From the NCBI GenBank assembly GCA_951406725.2, contig OX597826.1:68944001-69008000 (forward strand): a stretch of DNA of 64,000 bases, given 5' to 3'. Position numbers and translations under genes: made by a program. Positions 52,931-64,000 of this stretch are shown piece after piece. The notes beneath the pieces were generated by a model. That model was not told the origin of the DNA. It ran no database searches and saw nothing but the letters and a program-made list of their open reading frames with translations. This stretch comes from Octopus vulgaris. Its lineage: Eukaryota. Position 1 is the stretch's first letter, and every line of letters starts with the position of its first letter.

Positions 52931-53690
52931 ATAGTTAGTTAGTTAATTAGGTAGGTAGGTAGGTTGGACTTTTTAGTTCAAATATATTGTATTTTAAATT
53001 GTACGAGGGTTAATGCCTTTGTATATGTGTTTTAAAGGACAATGTTATAGAGAAGCAGAGCGTCGGCGGTGGCTTTCTGTCTTCTCCCATCCTTATCATC
53101 TTGTATTATTATCATTCGCTTCATCAATGTCTTGTTCAGCCCACAAGCTACCCATCTTTGTACTGCCTCTATGGCAAATGAAATGAATAAATGTAGGTAA
53201 GTAGGAATGCAGGCATGCATGCTTGCAGGCATGCATGCTTGCATGCATGCTTGCATACATAACCATTATATGCAACAAAAACAGTATTTGGTTTAAAATA
53301 GTCAACTGTGTATTATAATAAATTTGCATGGATTGCTGAAAGGAAAACATGCATTTCATCTGGACGAGGCGTATTTTAAAGCAAAAGCCGGTTCGGTTGT
53401 AAAGGAAAATAGTGTAACAACAGCAGAATGGTATGGCTAATGCGCATTTTGTTATTATTTCTAGGGTTTGTCAGTGGTTTTTACACGCTGCCAAACGTTC
53501 GCTAAGAGGAAATCGGAAGCCACTGATATTGGGTAACAGTACTGAGCAATCAGAGGTGCTGCAATTAGAAGCCAGGCACATACACAGACTCAGATAAGCA
53601 CATACTAACGCTTTCAGTACACACATATATAGAAGAGGTACGCTGACAAATCGCTTCCCAAACCTTTAAATATATATAAAATGTCTATAA

Positions 53691-54370
53691 AAGAATAGAT
53701 ATGATTTTCATGAGTTGAATAAAATGTTTTTGATCATAGCTTCATAGGAACTTGGCTAAGTGAAAATAAATGACACTTATGGACGTGTCTATGAGTGTGG
53801 AATTGCTAGGACTGCTAGAAGAGATAGCTTCGGACCCTATGTCAGGTCGACCTTAAATGTGTTGCGGGCGGGCGAGCGAATAACCAGAACTGTAAGAATA
53901 TGACAAAAGCAATAAAAATTAATGCCATCAGTGAAGACACATAGAGAGATCGATAATCGGTACACGAACAACATCTGCTTAAACTATGGAATATCCACTG
54001 GGTCAGCCAGTTTATATTAAAATGAATCAATTACATTTTTACCTAAGATGATCCAAAGTCATAACTGCATGATATGATGGACATAGTAGTCGATTTTTCC
54101 TCAAATCACAGCCGGTACTTTTAAAAATGTATGACATTTCTACGAAGAATAGATATGATTTTCATGGGTTGAATAAAATGTCCTTGATCATTGGAGCGAA
54201 ACTAAATGACATCTATGTATCTACGAATGAGGGATTACTAGGTCTGCTAGAAGGGATATTCAAGGATATTGACAGATGAAAAGCATTGGATCCCATGTCA
54301 GTTCGACCTTAGATGAGCTGAGGACTGAAGAATAACCACAACGGCAACAATATGACAAGAACAATGACAA
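53691..54370. repeat. Diverged direct duplication (~225-bp unit, 454-bp spacing)
   Basis: AAGAATAGATATGATTTTCATG.GTTGAATAAAATGT at 53691 and 54145 with colinear downstream similarity. Confidence 0.7.
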
Positions 54371-54505
54371 GAACAATGACAACTTCTATAAAAGCTAATA
54401 TTAAAAGGGCATCATTATATATTGTCTTTGAACATATCCATTCCCAGAAGGGATTTACATCCAAATAACATATGATTAACATACCCACAAATACTGCTCT
54501 CTCTC

Positions 54506-54551
<46 letters not shown>

Positions 54552-55003
54552 TTCTCTGTCTCCCTTCTTTCTCTCATTCTTACTCACATTCTATCTTTCT
54601 CTCTGACCCTATCCTTGCACAGCCTACAACAGGCTAATGCCATATCTCTTTAACCTTGTTTTTACCATTTGTATTTGAACGCCGCGAAAGACACATTAAC
54701 CATTTCCATACTTAAAGAGGAATGTCATTAAGAAATTGATAAAAAGAAAAGTTTTCATTTATATAAACAAATAAATAACAAGAGAGAAGAAAAAGAAAGA
54801 AAACAGAAAACAACAAACATCCCCTCAAGCTTATAAAAACTGGGCAGCAACTTGCTTCCACTAGATGCTGTGAAATAAAGTCGGTGATCAGAAGCGCATA
54901 GATATATGATGGAACTTTTTTGCACTTTGTTGTATATAATGCTATTAAGATACATACTCACTTATAATAGCATACGCATATATACATACATATATACATA
55001 CAT

Positions 55004-55164
<161 letters not shown>

Positions 55165-55986
55165 TGAGAGATATATAATGGTATATATATGTCTTTTATA
55201 AGGTTGCCATGACTCTTCCACAATATAATGGAATAACATTTTTCTTTCACTGAACTATATATTGCAGCTTCACCCACCACCATTAACTATCTCTCCTTCT
55301 CTATCTTCCTCCTTTCTCTCTGTTTCTCTTTCTCTGGACGAGTAAGTGATGGCTAGGTTGCATATGTATATACATATATATATATATGTATATATAAGCT
55401 GTCGAAAGCTTAACTTTGTAGAGTTTTGTCTTGGCGCTACTTAATCATTAGTTCCTCAGAGCTCTTTTACAACATCTCATTTAGATTCCACCAGGTTTTC
55501 TTTCGATGTTAACCATTCACCTTTTCGCTAACACTATCGCCAAATTTAATCTCATCTCTCACAAGCGAACATTGCATCTAGCATTTTAATACAATAGTTC
55601 CACCTTTTCTCATTCAATCATTCTTTCCAATTTTTCTTTCATACAATCCTTCTGTATTCACATTATTTCATTGCCATATATTGTTGTAATAGAATTTCTT
55701 TTTTTCAGCCCTGGTCGTTAAAAGCGTTCCAGCAGTGACCGCACTGTCTATTTGTATATCGGGTATTACATTATCTCGTGTGTTTCCATTTACTAAGAAT
55801 TATGTACGTAGTTTTTCTCTCTCTTTTAAAACTCTTTACAGACTTTTGTTTTATTTCAAAGACTCTTTTATCTATTTTATTATCATAGGTCTGACAAATA
55901 TTATAGGTTTAATAATCATTATTGTAAGTATGGCAATTATTGTTATAGGTCTAATCATTATTATCATACATCTTACATTATTATTA

Positions 55987-56149
<163 letters not shown>

Positions 56150-56728
56150 TAGTTTTATTTTTATAGCGTGCATTCACTTCACTAACGAGCGCAGCTCTCT
56201 GTGCCTTGGGTATGTGCAGTGATTTGTTGTGATGCTATGATCGTTACTGTATTGAAAGTGTTCTGCGTAGGATGTGTGCAGTGCCTAGTAGTGCAATTTT
56301 CTGTGTTGTATGTGTTTGTAAGTCCTGGTGGTTTTGTTATATATTTGTTTGAATATTTGTTTATCATACCTAATGCACCTACAATGATAAGAATTGTTTC
56401 TGTTTTTAGATTCCACATTAGAGTTACTTCTATTTCCCGGTCGTTGTCATCTGCTGGTATTGATACATCAATTAGAAAGCATTCTTTTTCCTTCATTCTC
56501 TCTGATAACTATAACTGACCTGTTGGCTTTAATTTCTCTATCTGTGTGTATTGGCATATCCCAGAGTATGGTTGCTTTCTCGTTTTCGGTGACCGTTTCT
56601 GGCGTGTGCCTATACCATCTTTTTTCTGTTGTTATTCCATAATGTTGGCATAGCTTCCAGTGTATGTAGGTCCCAACTCTGTCGTGTCTGTGAATATATT
56701 CCTTCTTAGCCTTCACAGACACGACAGA

Positions 56729-56730
<2 letters not shown>
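56150..56730 (-). mobile_element. 5'-truncated R4/Dong-like LINE: restriction-like endonuclease region
   Basis: KEYIHRHDRVG.YIHWKLC...ILWDMPIHTDREIKANR...CFLIDVSIP...IIVGALGMI; frameshifted; (TAA)n on both sides. Confidence 0.9.
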
Positions 56731-56785
<55 letters not shown>

Positions 56786-56786
56786 G

Positions 56787-56832
<46 letters not shown>

Positions 56833-57206
56833 TTTTATTTTTATTTTTATCATTATTATTAGTAGTAGTAGTTGTTGTTATTGTAGTAGTAGTATTAGTT
56901 GTAGTTGTAGTAGCAGTGGTGGTGGTAGTAGTAGTACTACTAGTAGCAGCAGTAGAGGTAGTGATGATGGTAGTAGTAGTGGTGTTGGTGGTGATGGTGG
57001 TGTTAGTAGTAGCAGTAGAGGTGGTGGTGGTGGTGGTAGTAGTAGTAGAGGTGGTGTTGGTGGTGATAGTAGTTGTAGTAGTAGTAGAGGTGGTGTTGGT
57101 GGTGTTGGTGGTAGTAGTGGTGGTGGTGGTGGTGGTGGTGGTGGTGGTGGTGGTGGTGGTGGTGGTGGTGGTGGTGGTGGTGATGGTGGCAGTAGTTGTA
57201 GTAGTG

Positions 57207-57251
<45 letters not shown>

Positions 57252-57309
57252 ATTACAGGTTTGAAATATATTGTAGACGGGACAGATGAGCTAATCATTA
57301 TCAAAGGTC

Positions 57310-57665
57310 CCACAATTATAATTATTTTCATTCAAGTTCATCATATTTCCCTTTCTCTTCTCCCGAGTTACCTTTGTCACGTCTCAGCTAGCTTCCCGCG
57401 ACATCGAGACGTAAAACACTTTTCTCAAGGCATCTGCTCTTCCAAGTATGGCTCCCAACTGTGTTACTTCCTATACAGTCAGGTATTTTCAGCTTTATAT
57501 GCCAGAATATTGCTTTCCTTGCGAGGGTCACCAAAGGCACCGTGGTTCAATGGATGTGTTTCACTTCCAATGACATGTCTTGCTGCTTGTCAAATTTCTC
57601 GTTCTCTGTTTCCACGATATCCTGGTCCACAGGTATAGCTACGGAGATGAGCCATTCTTTGGATT
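57310..57665 (-). mobile_element. Second, more decayed R4/Dong-like endonuclease fragment
   Basis: WLISVAIPVDQDIVETENEKFDKQQDMSLEVKHIH resembles ID.AIP.D..I...E.EK..KYQDL..E; adjacent to (TAA)n. Confidence 0.65.
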
Positions 57666-57751
57666 ATTATCATTATTATTATTATTATCATTATTATTAT
57701 TATTATTATTATTATATCATCATCATCATCATCATCATTATTATTATAATC

Positions 57752-57810
<59 letters not shown>

Positions 57811-58223
57811 AGGACTGAGTTCAAATATCACACTTGCCAACTTTGTCCTTCATCGTTTCTGGGTCGATAGAATAGAGAACCACCAAGGTGCTGGCGGTTG
57901 ATGTAAATGACTAACCTCATGGCCCTACAATTGTTGGCCTATTACCAAAATTTCAATCAATCATATATCTAAAAATTTATTCTTAAAGGATTGACAAATA
58001 TTATCACAAGAGAGACAATTATGATCGGTATATATCTCGAAATTATTATTATTGTCTCATAAACATTAATGAAAGACTGACAGTTATTACTATTATTATA
58101 GGTGGGACAATAATTTTTATAAGTCTGACAATCATTACTATGAGTGGGCTGCTTATTATTATAAATTTAACAATTATAGTTTGGCAATTGCAATCATAAG
58201 TTTGACAATATTATTGGTCTATT

Positions 58224-58661
58224 AGGACGGCGGGCTAGCAGAAACGTTAGCGCTCCGGGCGAAATGCTTAGATGTATTTCGGCTGCGCTACGTTCTGAGT
58301 TCAAATTCCGCCGCGGTCGATTTTGGCTTTCATCCTTTCGGGGTCGATTAAATAAGTACCAGTTACGCACTGGGGTCGATATAATCGACGTAATACGTTT
58401 GTCTGTCCTTGTTTGTTTCATCTGTGTTTATCCCCTTGTGAGTAGTAAAGAAATAGGTATTTAGTCTGTCTTTACGTTCTGAGTTCAAATCTCACCGAAG
58501 TCGACTTTGCCTTTCATTCTTTCTGGTTCGATAAATTAAGTACCAGTTGTGGCCTGGAGTTACCCTAATTGACTGGTCTCCTCCCCTAAAATTTAGGGCC
58601 TTGTGCCTAGAGTAGAAAGGATTATTATAGATCTGTTGCTCATTGTTGTAGATCTAACAAC

Positions 58662-58733
<72 letters not shown>

Positions 58734-58947
58734 AGTCAGTGAGCTAGCAGAATCGTTAGCACGGCGGACAAGCGACTTGCCGGCATTTTGTCCGTCGTTA
58801 TATTCTGGGTTCAAATTCCGCTGAGGTCTACATTACCTTTCATCCAGTCGGGATCGATAAAATACGTACCAGTTAAATGCTTGTCTCAATATAATCGCCG
58901 TACCCTCTCCTCTAAAATTGTTTGCTCTGTGCCAAAATTTGAAACCA
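58224..58947 (+). mobile_element. Family B SINEs (dimeric copy 58224-58625, monomer 58735-58947)
   Basis: Heads and bodies as in other family B copies. Confidence 0.8.
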
Positions 58948-59284
58948 ATTTTATGATATACTAATATAATTAGAAGTCACAATACTCTTAATAATGATCA
59001 TTCTTCCGTGCTGCTATCCCAGCGACCGGCGTTCGATCCTCCGCTTTCGAGGTACATTTATTTTTCTCAAGGCGGTGCACAGGCATGAATGCAGAATAAT
59101 GATAGAAACAAGAATAAGATAAAAGAATAAGCTTGACAATAAATTCAGTGAGCTCGAAGAATATTTGTTTCCCCTGCGCATAATTCACTTTGACACTTCA
59201 CCGATGTCCTCGTCTATCTTACATCGACCAACAGTGATTTGTATTCCGAAGTCTTTGCAGTCATTGCACAAAAATATATCTTTC

Positions 59285-59330
<46 letters not shown>

Positions 59331-59490
59331 ATTTCGAACTTCATCGTCGTCATCATCATCATTATCTTCAGCAATATCATCATCATCACCATTATCATCA
59401 TCGGCAGCAGCAGAAGCAGCAACAGCAACATCGTCATCATAATCAATATCATCATTTTCATCATTATTATCAACATAATCATCATAAGCG

Positions 59491-59551
<61 letters not shown>

Positions 59552-59765
59552 TATCATCATCATCACCATCACCATCATCATCATTATCATCATCATTTTC
59601 CTCATCCTCATCCTCCTTCTCCTCCTCCTCCTCCTCATCATCATCAATTTCGCCTTAGTCGTCATCATGACCTTCAGCAACAGCAGAAGCAACATCATCA
59701 TCATCAATTTCGTCTTCGTCGTCGTCATCATTATCATCATCGATGACAAGAACATAAACAACAAT

Positions 59766-59815
<50 letters not shown>
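59285..59815. repeat. (CAT)n-dominated trinucleotide cluster
   Basis: Directly visible. Confidence 0.95.
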
Positions 59816-59816
<1 letters not shown>

Positions 59817-60065
59817 TTTAAATATATATGCCAGCATCACATTAGCATTACTTTATGCTCTATTGTACTCCTCCCACTTCTAATACTCTTCTTCCTCCTC
59901 TTCCTTATCGCCCCCTGTATCATCACATTATATCTATCACTCGATCGGATAGCGAAAAATTTTGCCTAGTTAAGAAAGCATTATCACTTTTGCTGTTGTT
60001 GACATCATATTACAACAACAACAATAATAAGAATAATAATAATAAAATAATAATAATAATAATAA

Positions 60066-60120
<55 letters not shown>

Positions 60121-60595
60121 GTCTTGGTATAAAAGATGGGCTACAGCAAATATTCTGCTCAATACCACAGATTTGCTTGTCAGTTGTTTGACCTTAACCA
60201 GTTGAGCATGTCCCTTAGTGGCTGACGATATGTGGATCTCTGATCACGAGCAGAAGTAGTGGGGGAACATCATAGCCATGTGTTGAGAGGGATTCTTTGG
60301 GGTTTGAATAGTTCACCTCTGGAAACATGGGTGGTTCTTTCAACATCCTTTAACAACCCTTATTCAGGGACCGTTTGAGCGGGATGGGCTACTCAACCTG
60401 AAGAAAATTCTAACTGGGCCCCACCTGCAAGGTCATGTGCTGTTTATCTTGATATGAGATCACCATGTCGCGCACATGTGGTTGTGATGCATGTGCCTGG
60501 TGTACCTTTATCAGACGGGTAGTCATGATGGGTATATTGGGCTTCGTATACTTTACCCCAGTGTCACTTTGATGGCATGAACTGCTCTCTCACTC

Positions 60596-60597
<2 letters not shown>
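60121..60597 (+). mobile_element. Non-coding interspersed repeat in (TAA)n, probably the 3' UTR of a (TAA)n-targeting LINE
   Basis: Flanked on both sides by (TAA)n; second copy at 43075-43460; no ORF. Confidence 0.65.
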
Positions 60598-60637
<40 letters not shown>

Positions 60638-60757
60638 TATAATAATTATAATAATAATAATAATAATAATGCAGCGGATTAACAGAATCACTAATATGAA
60701 TTAACATCATCATCATCAGCATCATTATCCTCCTCCTCCTCCTCCTCCTCCTCCTCC

Positions 60758-60813
<56 letters not shown>

Positions 60814-60994
60814 TTCATGGTTGTCAACGTTGCTTTCCACATTCAGTGCTGTAATAAACACACGACCAGGCAAGTATTCTGTATCGACCGAGGTCAATCT
60901 AATCTACAATTCTCCTTTGACCAACTCAGTAGACATATGTCTAAATCAGCAACAATTCGTTTTACAGTCACCATCCTCCTTTTCTTCCTCCATT

Positions 60995-61058
60995 TTGTTA
61001 TTATTATTATTATTATTATAATTATTATAATTATTATTATTACTATTATTATTATTAC

Positions 61059-61112
<54 letters not shown>

Positions 61113-61223
61113 TATTATTATTATTATTATATTATTATTATTACTATTATTATTATTATTACTATCATTATTACTATTATTATTATTACTACTATTATTA
61201 TTATTACTATTATTATTACTAAC

Positions 61224-61280
<57 letters not shown>

Positions 61281-61455
61281 TATTATTATTATTACTATTA
61301 TTATTATTACTATTATTATTATTACTACTATTATTATTATTACTATTATTATTACTAACATTATTATTATTACTATTATTATTACTAACATTATTGTTAT
61401 TATTATTATTGCTATTATTATTACTATTATTATTATTGTTATTGTTATTGTTGTT
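60995..61455. repeat. (TTA/CTA)n microsatellite
   Basis: Directly visible. Confidence 0.95.
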
Positions 61456-61819
61456 TTTTTAATAATCAATTATATACCTACTACATGACTTTATACTTGT
61501 CCGAAGCGTATCTTCCAACGTAGAAGAGATCTTTTTTTGTTTCCTTGTAATTTCCAAGTTTAAATGATTGCATCAGGTGTGTTACAGTAACAGTATGTAA
61601 TAAAATAGTATTGGATGCGCGCTGGTATGCGTCATTGACGTCCAGTTTTACTGACCAATTTAGTGACATTCTGCTGAATTGCTATTGCTGTCACTTACTT
61701 TAGCTAATGCCTGCAAGTTAGTCTAGTGTCAAAGTCGCTTGGAATATGTACTATAAATAGCAGGTGTTGTTCTTGGATCACCGTTCGTTTACCTGGGTGG
61801 CATGTTTCTTGATGGCTCT

Positions 61820-61992
61820 AGAGGCACAGGGGTGGCTGTGTGGTAGGAAGCTTGATTCCTTACTATGTAGTACCGGTTTCAGTCTCACTGCGTGGCACCT
61901 TGGGCAAGTGTCTCCTGCGATAGCATCGAGCCGACCAAAGCTTTGTGAGTGGATTTGGTAAACGGAAAGTGAAAGAAGCATTTCGTGCGTAC
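61820..61992 (+). mobile_element. Family A SINE 5' half
   Basis: GTGGCTGTGTGGTAGGAAGCTTG...CCTTGGGCAAGTGTC...GGATTTGGTAAACGGAAA. Confidence 0.8.
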
Positions 61993-62019
61993 ATATATGT
62001 ATAAATAGTAATATAAATA

Positions 62020-62097
<78 letters not shown>

Positions 62098-62147
62098 ATA
62101 TATACATATTTATATCTACATACTTACATATATACTTAGATACATAC

Positions 62148-62224
<77 letters not shown>

Positions 62225-62320
62225 GCTGCATTTAAATTGATGTAATGATTGCGTTGTTCAATTATATGAAGCCTCTTGAAACAGTCGTACTGCTTCACTA
62301 CTCTACAACCTGTGTGTGTG

Positions 62321-62380
<60 letters not shown>

Positions 62381-62699
62381 TGTATGTGTGTATTCATATA
62401 GGTGCGTGTATGTCTCTGTATGTAAATGTATGCATGTGTCTGTATTCCTGTATGTATCTATGTATGTATGAATGAATGTACGTATATATATATATATATA
62501 TATATGTATTCGGATATATTATGTGTTCTCTATCCGTGGATGTGTCTTGCTGTTATACCTTACAATATGTATATGCATACCCATAGATACACACACTCAT
62601 ATACACATATATAATTATATATTTTAAAAGCCAAAAGCAATGCAATTTATAAAAATGAACCAGGCTGATAGCTTTATCTATTATTTCGATATTTCCTGT

Positions 62700-63250
62700 T
62701 GAAGACCACGTACTCAAGAAATCTCTGAAGAAAAGTTGGTACTCATTAACTTCTCTCCTTTGTGGGAGTATTTCATATGCATCCTCATAACAAACAGTTG
62801 GCTGTCTGCGACTATTTTTTGTTATCAATGTATGCTGTCTATTTCTTTAATTAGAAGCGCTTCTTTAATTCACAGGTTTCCTATATTCCTTTCTATGGCT
62901 TCAATGGAAACATTGTCTGTGTTGGATGCTGCATTTCTATAGATGTTTATTTATTTATTTATTTATTTATTTATTTTGGCGGAAGATACCCTTAGCACAG
63001 AAGCGTAATGTAATGCTTATGTCTAATTTGCTGGTAGTATTTCCGAGGTAGTATTCGTTGTATTAGCTGCACGTGATTCTATACCTAACGAAATAATTCA
63101 GACAACTATTTTCGCTTTTTGTATGGATTAAGAACTCATTTGTGTTAATGCTTCTTCCATCAGTAAACATCTTCCGAAATTCCACAAACAAGGCATCCAG
63201 ACTTTCATTGAACTAATAGAAAGAAACACAGGAAAATTGAGTATAAAAGT
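62700..63250 (-). pseudogene. Decayed PLE GIY-YIG fragment
   Basis: VRYRITCS*YNEYYLGNTTSKL and DNVSIEAIERNIGNL*IKEALLIK resemble VVY.I.C..C...YIG.T...L and ..IL..E......IKEAL.IK. Confidence 0.6.
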
Positions 63251-64000
63251 TCTTTTTATTGAGAAATATACACGACGCATTAAGAACACGGCAGAGTTTC
63301 ATGCAGAAAATTGGTTACTATAGCGACAGATATGAAATACACAGACGCTAAAGGATAAAGAAGTTAGCGAATACTATTTTTTTCTCCAAAGATTTCCTGA
63401 CGAGGCGTTCCTTACCATGAAATATTAATATATCAAGTAAAGCTATCAACTTGTTATATTTTTATAAATTGCGTTGTTTTAGAGTTTAAAATATATAATT
63501 ATAAGTATTTATATATAATGAGACTATGCTTCGTGAAAACTATGCTGTTCTTATTTATACAAGCATGTATGAGTGTTTATGTTTGTGTATGTGTGTGTGT
63601 GTGTCTGGTGCGTGTGTGTATGTATATATATAAACTCATACTGACACATATATATATATATTTATCAAAGTCTGTATGCGTCATTATGCGAAATATTATA
63701 TAAGACACTATACATATACATTTACGCATATATATACGTATATATTTACGTGTGTATGCAATATATACTATATACTGCTCATAAGTTTTCGCAATTTATC
63801 TTGTGAAATATTTAGATAACATATTTATATTAATAATGATCTAACATTAAGTATATTATGAAGTCTGTAACATCTGACCGTCTGTTTGTAGACATAAAAC
63901 TGCGTCGAGTCCTTCGTCTTGTTAAACATCAGGTGTTTATTAAAACGAATAATAATGTATAACCAAAATGACCTCTGTTGTGTATGTGTGTAAATACATA

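Noticed and set aside
53440-53540. Plus-strand exon-like segment (CTAAT...TTATTTCTAG|...|GTAACA)
   Set aside because: Weak donor, no recognisable peptide and no partner exons.

Overview
AT-rich eukaryotic (animal) genomic DNA saturated with microsatellites ((TA)n, (CA)n, (TAA)n, (ATC)n, (TATG)n, (GGT)n). The repeat families resemble those I recognise from octopus/coleoid cephalopod genomes (inference, not checked). No host protein-coding gene can be identified, and most ORFs in the track are microsatellite or SINE artefacts. The window is a mosaic of mobile elements: several tRNA-derived SINE families, four ~390-bp non-autonomous Helitrons, one Helentron-type element, two mariner relics, R4/Dong-like restriction-endonuclease LINE fragments sitting in (TAA)n, and RTE/CR1 LINE fragments. 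It also holds a rich set of Penelope-like element (PLE) material. This includes an uninterrupted GIY-YIG endonuclease ORF with no reverse transcriptase upstream (263-1294, minus) and at least eight hammerhead-ribozyme (HHR) motifs in short non-coding units, mostly next to (TA)n. The main highlights are three. (1) An HHR at 15996-16070 whose three core strands occur in a non-circularly permuted, pseudoknotted order. (2) A ~350-nt HHR unit present as two circularly permuted, head-to-head copies (13966-14581), consistent with a circular or concatemeric RNA intermediate. (3) A 534-bp tandem HHR unit with a 5' inversion (11977-12746). All RNA structures were folded by eye; coordinates of decayed elements are approximate.
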